Of a stretch of DNA of 64,000 nucleotides, positions 53,738-64,000 are shown one piece after another. The DNA comes from the human T2T-CHM13v2.0 reference genome, Homo sapiens: the NCBI RefSeq assembly GCF_009914755.1, contig NC_060945.1; one strand, 5' to 3'. The translations under genes and the position numbers were made by a program. The notes under the pieces were generated by a model that worked only from the letters and a program-made list of their open reading frames with translations, ran no database searches and had not been told where the DNA came from. Every line of letters starts with the position of its first letter. Position 1 is the first letter of the stretch.

Positions 53738-54090
53738 ATAGAGTATATCTTACTTCCTCTTTTCTAAGATGTATATTTTTTCTCAATTTCACATTTCTGA
53801 TATGGTGGTTTACTGTATAATCACTGCCTACATTTTGCTGAGGTTTTCCCCAAAAGCCATTATAAACCTACTGGTACAGTTTACATTCCAGGAAGTAACG
53901 TGCTCTTTGTCTCCTCCTCCTCCCGGAACTCTACTTTCAGTGTGAATCCTCGTGCAAAGGGGCCAGCATGGATGCATTACTCAGTGTACTCGTGTAACAA
54001 ACCTGTACATGTACCCCCTGTATATAAAATAAAAGTTGAAATTATTTTTAAAAAATTAGTCAAGGGTGTTCTGGAAAACTGAGAGTAAAG
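53738..54090. mobile_element. MER104-like (TcMar-Tc2) DNA transposon relic split by a younger insertion at about 53886-54054
   Basis: TTCTAAGATGTATATTTTTTCTCAATTTCACATTTCTGA resembles the recalled MER104 left end. A right-end-like sequence resumes after the L1 tail. Confidence 0.4.
53974..54054 (+). mobile_element. L1PA16/L1PB extreme 3' end
   Basis: GTGTAACAAACCTGTACATGTACCCCCTGTATATAAAATAAAAGTTGAAATT. Confidence 0.88.
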
Positions 54091-54319
54091 GATATATAAG
54101 TAGTGATTGAAGGAAGTTGGGCTGCAAAGTTATGCTTGGACTAAAATGTGAGCCACCTTGGATATTGTAGATTTTTAAATTGATTTGGAGGATGATAGGA
54201 GGGATGTACAAATGAGATTTCACAGGCTGAGAGATCTATAGACTATTAAACAGCAAACAGATGCAAGGCATGGGAAGAGGGATGGTCAGCAGCCCACAGG
54301 ATTGTGGAGTGACTGTTAA

Positions 54320-54525
54320 CAAGTGCCTGAAAAGAGACCAGACCCACTGTGAATCTCGACTCCTCCCCTATTGGTTCTGCCGTTATGAGCAAATTTACTT
54401 CCTTTCTCTGAGCCTCAGTTAATCATCTGTAAAATGGGAAAAAATAACATCTACTTTGTAATTTTGTTAGAAAGACTTGGGTATCAAGCTCTTAGCAGAT
54501 AATAAGCATGTGATGCATGGTAGCA
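54320..54525 (+). mobile_element. MIR
   Basis: TTTACTTCCTTTCTCTGAGCCTCAGTTAATCATCTGTAAAATGGG core. Confidence 0.8.
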
Positions 54526-55199
54526 AAACCAAAATTAAGAACAGCTCACGGAATAATTGGGTCTCACCTGCTCACCAGCTTCTCTGGAAAACCTGTTACC
54601 TACTTTGTGCTTGAGTGTATACTTTCCCCCATGTTTGGTATACTCTAAAAAAAAATAATTAAATTAGAAGATTTTGTTTCCTTTTTGCTGTGGTGAGCTC
54701 TAGGATATTGGTAAATTCCCCCTTGAAAGGCTTTCACTGTGGGCTGTCTTTGAACATCTACCCATGCAACCATGCCATGTGGCAAGGATGACTACACAGC
54801 ACTTACTTCAAGGCCTTGCCTGGGGATTGAAACAAACTGTAGGGAAGGGGGAAAAAGCAATTAACTGTCCTGTTTAAGGTAAAAATAATGGAAAGAAAGC
54901 CACCTCAAGTAACTGTACGTGAGTTGACCTTTGACACACTGACCAAGGTGTCATGTCTTCAAGAGACATTGACATCTCTGTAGCTTCATGCCTTTTCCAG
55001 ATTTGATGTGGCAGATACATGCATAGCAGAGTTTATCATGTGTGGTTTCCTTTAGACGCTGTGATTATGTGTTCAATAAATTGCATCAAGACTACAAATG
55101 CTTTGTTGTGAAGTCCAGCAACATTAACACATTAAGTTTCATAATGTGATTCCTAGAACAACCTCTAAAAACTCTCCAAAGAGGTACATTCAAAATCTC

Positions 55200-55705
55200 C
55201 ATAGATGAATCAAAATAGATTCATCTCAACAGAATTATGCTAAGTAAAATCTCAATACCAGAAACAAATTATATATGATTCTATTTATATAACATTGTCA
55301 AAATGATAAAATTGTGTGGAGATAGAGAATAGAATAGTGGTTGATATGGCTTAGGGGAGAGTGCACAAGGGCATGGGTTTGGTTATAAAGAGATAGCACA
55401 AAGAAGTTTTGTGGTGATGAAACAGTTTTTTTTTTTTATCTTGATTGAGTGGTCATTACAGTAATCTACACATATGAGAAAACCACAAATACATATAAAC
55501 TACACAAATGAGTGTATGTTAACCTTAAAATATCAGAGTAAATTCTCTGGATTGTACAAAGACTAATTTTATAAATTTCATATGGTACTATAATTACATG
55601 TTACCATAAGAGGACATGAAGTTAAGGCTGCACCAGATCTCACTACCTTATTTGTGCATCTGCCTATGAACATACACATATTTCACAATAAAAACTGAAA
55701 AAAGC
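55200..55705 (+). mobile_element. L1MC/L1MD 3' end
   Basis: ATTATGCTAAGTAAAA...TATGATTCTATTTATATAACATT...GTGGTGATGAAACAGTT...GTAATCTACACATATG. Confidence 0.75.
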
Positions 55706-55779
55706 AGTGACATAGCTATAGATTCTGCTTATTTATAAGTTTAGATAGAAAGATAGACATAGATATACAAATTTAACTT

Positions 55780-57100
55780 AGTGACAAATTAAAATTTAAA
55801 AAGATGTTCAGTACTACCTGAAGAAAATTCTAAGAGAAATAATTAAATTACATTATATGTACAGAGGAAAAAATACAAAAAGGCCATCTAATTTCAGAAA
55901 ATTGTTGTATTATTCAGTGCAATTTCAACAAAAAACCCATAGGATTTCTTGTGACATGTTCATATTGATTATGAAATGTATACAAGAATTAAGTGCCAAG
56001 AATACCCCAAATCTTACTAAGTAAGAATACATTGGTTAACTTGCTATTCTATAAAGCCATACAAATAAGTTAATGTGCTATTAAACAGAAATAAACAAAT
56101 TGATCAATGGAATAAAAGAGCTATAAAACCACAAAGAAATAAAAATTATGTATGACATTTGGCATTTTAGGTCACTGGGGAAATTATAAACTTTATAGAC
56201 TTACTTTAGTAGACATTCTAAAACAATTATAGAAAATAAATTATCCTTACAGAAAATAAATTACATTGACTATCCTTAGAGAATATAAGTTAAATTGGTT
56301 TTCCAGCCTCAGAGTGTGCACAATTGATTTTCAAAGCATGGCGCCTAGTCCAGAGCATCAATATAAACTGAGAACATGTTTGAATCTATAATCTTGGGCC
56401 CAACCACAGAATGGCTGAATCACAAACTCTGTTAGGTGGGACAACAATTCATGTTATAATGAACCATCTAAGTGATACAGATGCACAATGGGATGTAAGA
56501 ACAACCTTAGTAACCACAAATCCATCACTTGAGAATCAAACAATTAGAAGTAAAAAACAGATCTCTAAATATTTTCAAAGAGTGTATTAGGTATTTTTCT
56601 GATGTTGGGATCTGAGTAAATTTATTAAACAAGAATTTCTTAAATAAACACAAATTCTGTTAACCATAAAATAAAAGAATAACAAAGTTTACCACATGGA
56701 AACTAAGAATTCATTTTATGAAAAGAAAGTAAAACAAGACTAAACTTTAAAAAGATTTTCCATAATTGCCAAAAAGTTAATGTTTACAGTATATAAGGAA
56801 CTTCTATAAACCAATATGAAAAACACAAGCAAGGCAAGAGAAAAATGGGGAAAAGATATAGCAGCAAAAAAAAGAAAACGCATGTTGAGTAAACATATGA
56901 ACAGATGCTCAACCTCATTAGTAATCAGGAAAATGTAAATTAAGCCACAATGTGATACTATTTCACACTTACTTGATTGGAAACATCTAGGAAATATAAT
57001 AATACCAATTTATTACTTTGAATTTAAACAGACTCATATATACTCTTTGTAGAAGTGCTAAGTAAAATCTCTTTTGAAAACAATTTTAACATTGGTATCC
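55780..57100 (+). mobile_element. Old L1ME ORF2 fragments
   Basis: AGTAAACATATGAACAGATGCTCAACCTCATTAGTAATCAGGAAAATGTAAATTAAGCCACAATG is a clear ORF2 3' motif. Confidence 0.7.
56325..56505. mobile_element. MER5A/B (hAT-Charlie) relic
   Basis: TTTTCAAAGCATGG...GCATCA...GGGCCCAACCACAGAATGGCTGAATCACAAACTCTG...AAGTGATACAGATGCAC. Confidence 0.6.
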
Positions 57101-57121
57101 CCTTGTTCTATCAACAAGCAA

Positions 57122-59681
57122 TTAATTCCATATGAAATTTAAAGTAGTTTTTTCTAATTCTGTGAAGAATGTCAGTGGTAGTTTGAAGGGAATAGCATTG
57201 AATCTATAAATGACTTTGGGCAGTATGGCCATTTTCACGATATTGATTATTACTATCCATAAGGACAGAAAGTTTTTCCATTTGTTTGTGTCCTCTCTTA
57301 TTTCGTTGAGCAGTGGTTTGTAGTTCTCCTTGAAGAGGTCCTTCACATCCCTTGTAAGCTGTACTCCTAGGTATTTTATTCTGTTCATAGCGATTGTGAA
57401 TGAAAGTTCATTCATGATTTGGCTCTCTGCTTGTCTGTTGTTGGTGTAAAAGAATGCTTGTGATTTTTGCACATTGATTTTGTATCCTGAGACTTTCTGA
57501 AGTTGCTTATCAGTTTAAGGAGGTTTTAGGCTGAGATGATAGGGTATTCTAAAGATAAAATCACGTTGTCTGCAAACAGAGACGATTTGACTTACTCTCT
57601 TCCCATCTGAATACACTTTCTTTCTTTCTCTTGCCTTATTGCCCTGGCCAGAACTTATAACACTATGTTGAATAGGAGTAGTGAGAGAGGGCATCCTTGT
57701 CTTGTACTGGTTTTCAAAGGGAATGCTACCAGCTTTTTCCCATTCAATATGAAATTGCCTGTGGGTTTGTCATAAATGTCTCTTATTATTTTGAGATATG
57801 CTTCATCAATACCTAGTTTATTGAGAGTTTTTAACATGAAGCGATGTTGAATTTTATCAAAGGCCTTTTCTGCATTTATTGAGATAATCATATGGTTTTT
57901 GTCTTTGGTTCTGTTTATGTGATAGATTGTGTTTATTGATTTGTGTATGTTGAACCAGCCTTGCATCCCAGGGATGAAGCTTACTTGATTGTCATGGGTG
58001 AGTTTTTTGATGTGCTGCTGGGTTCGGTTTGTCAGCATTTTATTGAAAATGTTTGCATCGATGTTAATCAGGAATATTGGCCTGAAGTTTTATTTTTGTG
58101 TGTGTGTTATCTGCCAGGTTTTGGTAACAGGATGATGCTGGCTTCATAAAATGAGTTAGGGAGGAGTCTGTCCTTTTCAATTGTTTGGAATAGTTTCAGA
58201 AGGAATGGTACCAGCTCTTCTTTGTACCTCTGGTAGAATTTGGTTGTGAATTTGTCTGGCCCGGGCTTTTTTTGGTTGGTAGGCTATTAATTACTGCCTC
58301 AATTTCAGATCTTGTTATTGGTCTATTCAGGGATTCGACTTCTTCCTGGTTTAGTCTGGGAAGGGTGTAGGTGTCCAGGAATTTTTCCACTTCTTTCAGA
58401 TTTTCTAGTTTACTTGCATAGAGGTGTTTATAATATTATCTATATAGTAGTAGTTTGTATTTCTATGGGGTCAGTGGTGATATCCCCTTTATCATTTTTT
58501 ATTGTGTCTACTTGAATCTTCTCTCTTTTCTTCTTTATTAGTCTAGCTAGTGGTCTATCTACTTTGTTAATTTTTTCAAAAAAACAAATCCTGGATTCAT
58601 TGAATTTTTGGAGGGTTTTTCATGTCTCTATCTCCTTCAACTTTGCTCTGATCTTAGTTATTTCTTGCCTTCTGCTAGCTTTTGGATTAGTTTTCTCTTG
58701 CTTCTCTACCTCTTTTAATTGTGATGTTAGGGTGTCGATCTGAGATCTTTCTGGCTTTCTGATGTGGACATGTAGTGCTACAAATTTTCAACTAATATGG
58801 TTTTAACTGTGTCCCGGGAGATTCTGGCATGTTGTCTCTTTGTTCTCATTAGTTTCAAATAACTTTTTGATATCTGCCTTAATTTCATTATTTACGCAGT
58901 AGTCATTCAGGAGCAGGTTGTTCAATTTCCATCTAATTGTGTGGTTTTGAGTGAGCATCTTAATCCTGAGTTCTAATTAGATTGCATTGTGGTCTGAGAG
59001 ACTGTTATGATTTCCGTTCTTTTGCATTTCCTAAGGAGTGTTTTATTTCCAATTATGTGGCTGATTTTAAATTAATTGCCATGTGGCACAGAGAAGAACG
59101 TATATTCTGTTGATTTGGGGTGGAGAGTTCTGTAGATTTTGGGGTGGAGTGTTCTGTAGATGTCTATATAGCTGAGTTCAAGTCCTGAATATCCTTGTTA
59201 ATTTTCTGACTCGTTGATCTGTCTAACATTGACAGTGGGGTGTTAAAGTCTCCCACTATTATTGTGGGAGTTTAAGTCTCTTTGTATGTCCCTAAGAACT
59301 TGTTTCATGAATCTGGGTGCTCCTGTATTGGGTGCATATATATTTAAAATAGTTAGCTCTTCTTGTTGAATTGTTCCCTTTACCATAATGCCCTTCTTTG
59401 TCTTTTTTGATCTTTGTTGGTTTAAAGTCTGTTTTGACAGCAACTAGAATTGCAACCCCCGCTGTTTTTGTTTGTTTGTTTGTTTGTGTTGCTTGGTAAA
59501 TTTTCCTCTATCCCTTTATTCTGAGCCTATGTGTGTCTTTGCACATGAAATGGGTCTCCTGAATACAACACACCAATGGCCTTGACTCTATCCAATTTGA
59601 CAGTCTGTGTGTTTTAATAGGGGCATTTAGCCCATTTGAATTTAAGGTTAGTATTGTTATGTGTGAATTTGATCCTGTCAT
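57122..59681 (-). pseudogene. Disrupted L1 ORF2p remnant (endonuclease + RT)
   Basis: ATG ACA GGA TCA AAT at 59681. [23 protein letters not shown]-like and TRQGCPLS motifs are present. The catalytic FADD reads FADN at about 57565, and there are multiple frameshifts. Confidence 0.9.
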
Positions 59682-59744
59682 CATTATGCTATCTAGTTAT
59701 TTTGCACACTAGTTGATGCAGTTTCTTCATAATGTCATTGGTCT

Positions 59745-60769
59745 TTATATTTTGGTGTGTTTTTGCAGTGGCTGGTACTGGTTTTTCCTTTCCATATTTA
59801 GGACTTCTTTCAGGAGCTCTTCCAAGGCAGGCCTTGTGGTAATGAAATCCCTCAGCTTTTTCTTGTCTGAAAAGGATTTTCTTTCTCCCTTGCTTATGAA
59901 GCTTAGTTTGGCTGGATATGCAATTATGGGTTGAAAATTCTTTTCTTTAAGAATGTTCAATATTGGCCCCCAATCTCTTCTGGCTTGTAGAGTTCCTGCT
60001 GAGAGGTCCAATGTTAGTCTGATGGGCTTTTCTTTGTAGATGACCTGGCTTTTCTCTCTGGCTGCCCTTAACATTTTTTCCTTCATTTCAACCTTGGAGA
60101 ATCTGGTGATAACGTGTCTTGGGGTTGATCTTCTCATGGAGTATCTTAGCGGTGTTCTCTGTATTTCCTGAATTTGCATGTTGGCCTGCCTTGCTAGGTT
60201 GGGGAAGTTTTCCTGGATAATATCCTGAAGTGTGTTTTCCAGCTTGTTTCAATTCTCCCCGTCTCCTTCAGGTACTCCAATCAATCGTAGGTTCAGTCTT
60301 TTTATGAAGTCCCATATTTCTTGGAGGCTTTGTTAATTCATTTTTATTCTTTTTCTCTAATCTTGTCTGCATGTCTTATATCAGCAAAGTGTTCTTCAAA
60401 CTCTTACATCCTTTCTTCCGCTTGGTCAATTTGGCTATTGATATTTGTATATGCTTCATGAAGTTCTCATGCTGTGTGTTTCATCACCATCAGGTCATTT
60501 ATGTTCCTCTCTAAACTAGTTATTCTAGTTAGCAGCTCCTCTAACCTTTTGTCAAAGTTCTTAGCTTCCTTGCATTGGGTTAGCACATGCTCCTTTAGCT
60601 CAGGGTAGTTTTTTATTACCCATCTTGTGAAACCTACTTCTGTCCATTCGTCTATCTCATCCTCCATCCAATTCTGTGACCTTGCTGGAGAGACACTGTG
60701 ATCATTTGGAGGAGAAGAGGCACTCTTGCCTTTTGGGTTTTCAGCTGTTTTTTGTTGATTCTTTCTCAT
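59745..60769 (-). pseudogene. Disrupted L1 ORF1p remnant
   Basis: MRKNQQKTAENPKGKSASSPP... and ...RSTPRHVITRFSKVEMKEKMLRAAREK...ARRDWGPI...YPAKLSF, broken by stops or frameshifts. Confidence 0.9.
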
Positions 60770-62423
60770 CTTCGTGAGTTTGTCTAGTTTTGATCTTTGT
60801 GGCTGCCAACCCTTTGATGGGGTTTTTTGGGGGGGGGCTTTTATCTTGTTGTCAATGCTGTTATTGTTGCTTTCTGTTTGTTGTTTTTCTTTCAATGGTC
60901 ATGTCTCTCTTCTGCAGGGCCGCTGGGGTTTGCTGGGGGTTCACTTCAGGTTCTATTCACTTGGTTCACTCCCACTCCTGGAGATGTCACTCAAGGAGGC
61001 TGGAGAACAGCAAAGATGAATGCCTGCTCCTTCTTCTGGGATCTCTGACCTTGAGGGGCAGGCACCAACCTGATGCCAGTAGGATCGCTCCTGTATAGGA
61101 TGTCTGACAACCCCTGTCAGAGGGTCTTACCCAGTTGGGTGAAACGGGAAACAGGACATGTTTAACAAAGTACCTTGACTGTCCCTTGGTGGAGGGGGTG
61201 TGCTTTGCTGGGGGGAAACCCACTCAACTAGGCTGCCCATATTCCTCAGAACTACCAGGAGGAAAGGATAAGTCTCCTGGTCCACAGAGTCTGTGGCCAC
61301 CCATCCCCCTAGGGGATCAGGCCCAGAGAGATTCAGGTTCTGTCCCTGAGCCTCTGGCTGGAGTTACGGGAGTTCTTGCATGGAAGCCCCGCCCAGTGAG
61401 GAATAATGAGTCGGGGTCAGGCCTGAAGAGGCACTCTGGCTGCAGTCTTCCACAGCTGGTGTGTTGGGCTGTGGGGGACACATCTTGGGACCAAGCCGTC
61501 CAGCCTCCCTGGCTCCAGCAGGGGAAAAGCACAGCCTGGAGCTATAGAGATGAATGCCACCCTTCTCCTGCCCAGGGACCTTAGTGTGTTAGGAAGTTGT
61601 GAGTCCCAGTGCTGAATGCTGCCCCTTCCCCAAGAAGCTCAGATGGCTGAGACAGCAGGCAGCTGCAGCTGTGGTGCTGGTCGCCCCTCCCCCTGGGAGA
61701 TTGGTAGGCTTAAGCCTATTCCAGCTGAGAGGCTGTTGATAATCTGCATGGCTCCGTGGCATGGGTTTGTGAGTGGGATCTTCCACTTCATGTGTTGCAC
61801 ATTTCTGTGGTAAAAGCACGGTTTCCCAGCCTGGGTAGCATGCTCACTCACCACCTCCCTTGGCTGGGTGGTGGAGGCTCCCCTGCTCGTGTGGCTCTCA
61901 GGTGGGCTGCTACACCACACTGCACCTCCTTTCTCTCTGTGGAGCATGCCAGCTTCCTAGTCAGTTCTGATGAGAGAAGCTGGATACCTTGGTTGCTGGT
62001 GAAAGATTCACATACTTGTTTTGGCTCTTTTCGATGGGAGCCTCTGATTGCCGCTATTTCTAGTTGGCCATCTTGGTCCCCTGCCCCTGCCATATGACAC
62101 ACTTAACTGTAATGCCGTTAGCACACGGAGCCTTAGATAAGCTTGGTTATCAAGAACCCAGACATTTCATGGATAAGGTTCAGTTTTAATCTACTAGGGA
62201 AGCCACTATTTAGTTGCTCAGAAGTGAGCTCAGCAGAAGTGTTTGGTGCATGAAATTGGAATCTAGAATCAAAGAGAATAAGAGGGATGATAGATATTTG
62301 TTATAGCCTTGGTAGCAACTAAAGCAGCAGAGACTCCAGATCCTCACATTAATGTTCCTTTTACTACATTTCACAGAAATTGTGAACAGTAATGTTATTA
62401 ATAAACAAGTTAAACTAAGCATT

Positions 62424-62869
62424 GTAGGGGAGGAAATGTAAGGATGTCTTGGACCCCAGTCAGAGCCGCTTCACTGAGCTGTCGTGCCCATTCTCTGCTT
62501 GCTTTGATTGCTGGCTGCTAGTGGCACACAGTTGTCTCTATTAGGTTATTGCCCTCACTTAAATAAGAGGTGTTTCATCTGGGAAGTTTTGGCTCCCAGG
62601 GCAGCCAGTCATCCAGTGTCCCTCTGACTGGCACAGAGGTACAAAGGCTGGTGGTGTGCCCTCAAAGAAGCTCCAACATTATGGTGCCACTCATGCTCCA
62701 ATTGCCCTATGAAACTGGGCCACTTCTTGTCTCTAATTAAGATCTCATTCTTTCTTCATTGTCTAGCCAGTCAATTTCTCTATTCCGCTTCTAAGAATGC
62801 TACCTTAAGAATTGCCTTTACAAGAATTCCTCTCTTAGGCTTTCCTTGCAAGGTACCTAACCTGAGTCA
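62424..62869 (+). mobile_element. LTR16-like ERVL LTR
   Basis: TGTAGGGG...GGGCAGCC...TGACTGGCACAGAGGTACAAAGGC...GTGCCACTCATGCTCCA...AACCTGAGTCA. Confidence 0.6.
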
Positions 62870-63548
62870 ATATTCCTATTCCTAAATCATCTCAGATCCC
62901 CTGAGATGCTGGATATCCGAAATTGTCCAAGATCATATAAAGATATGAAAGAAAACTTATCTCAATATTCCAGTATTGGGGCAAAACATTTTGCCCTCAA
63001 AGTTTAGAAATGTTGCCCAACTGTTTTTTGAAATTTATTTCTATAACAAAGACGTCTTACATTAATCTGACTTTTATTTCTCTATGCTTTTCTTTGATTC
63101 AAATTTGCCAGTGTCATCAAGGTATAGAAATTGCTGTTGTTTTTGTTTTGCACTGCTTTGCTTTTATTTTTCTTTGAATATGCATCTACCTTTCTACGTG
63201 CATTCATGAGAGTTTTTGCCTTTTTCCTAGTTCATAAGTATTTTTATTTTAGTTAGTGGAGAATTGGTGTTTATTTTCTAAAATCAACCAAGATTATCTA
63301 TTAATCCTATAATAAGTTATCATTAACTTTCCATTATATCATTACTTATTTCATTTGTGTTTATATGTTCCCTATCTTCTATAGCAAAAATAGTTCAAAG
63401 ATTTTTAAGTTATTACTCCTTCAATTTTATATAGCCTCTATCTTAATCTAAAATAATGTTTAATACATTTTAATTTTCATGACAGTAATTCTGTGTTCTA
63501 CCTATCTTACATAATTCATAGGTATTATATTTTTTAAAATGTAATTAT

Positions 63549-63873
<325 letters not shown>

Positions 63874-64000
63874 TTATTTTATAAGGAGAGGTAAAAATAG
63901 TGTGTTTTTCTTTACATCCTGGGTCTGTGCCAATCTAAGAAAAAAGTAGATACGTTCAGATGGAACTACAATATAAGCATTGACACTGAAAGTGGATTTG

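Larger units (their letters stand above)
57122..62088 (-). mobile_element. L1PA (L1PA8/10-like): 5'UTR, ORF1 and ORF2 through RT; 3' end absent
   Basis: The 5' end carries GGCCATCTTGG (YY1 site) at about 62067-62077. ORF1 and ORF2 remnants are colinear and end abruptly at 57122 with no 3'UTR or poly(A). Confidence 0.94.

Noticed and set aside
53935-53970. Antisense resemblance to U6 snRNA (TGGCCCCT..GC.C.AGGAT..ACAC) next to an L1 tail
   Set aside because: The match covers only about 30 nt with gaps, and it is in the opposite orientation to canonical U6-L1 chimeras. Not called as a U6 pseudogene.
57122-62088. Potentially active L1
   Set aside because: Frameshifts and stops in both ORFs, FADD changed to FADN, and no 3' end.
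60774-62102. ORF cluster including a 149-aa antisense ORF (possible ORF0-like)
   Set aside because: It lies within a CpG-decayed L1 5'UTR with non-ATG or weak starts. I cannot match it to ORF0 or any protein.

Overview
This is AT-rich primate genomic DNA (Alu, L1PA, THE1 and MER41 are present, and an L1PA2-type 3' end points to human or great ape). It looks like a gene desert or deep intron. I see no credible protein-coding gene, structural RNA gene, CpG island or CRISPR array. The longer ORFs in the track are decayed L1 ORF1/ORF2 pieces, Alu/LTR read-throughs or microsatellite translations, and the rest look like chance ORFs. Much of the window is transposon-derived: two large minus-strand L1PA elements (5.65-11.06 kb with internal deletions; 57.1-62.1 kb, 3'-truncated), a nested L1MA/L1PA stack (27.8-30.9 kb), ERVL and MaLR relics, eight Alus, and a dense ERV1 LTR cluster at 43.2-46.5 kb. 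That cluster includes a MER41B plus a partial tandem copy, together carrying three intact GAS (STAT) motifs. I found no new gene system. The most interesting signals are the MER41 GAS cluster, an L1 3' end fused to about 90 bp of unidentified sequence, de novo hairpins, a dispersed 160-bp duplication, a close inverted Alu pair and a (TTC)23 tract. Repeat subfamily names come from recalled consensus sequences, and boundaries of old elements are approximate.
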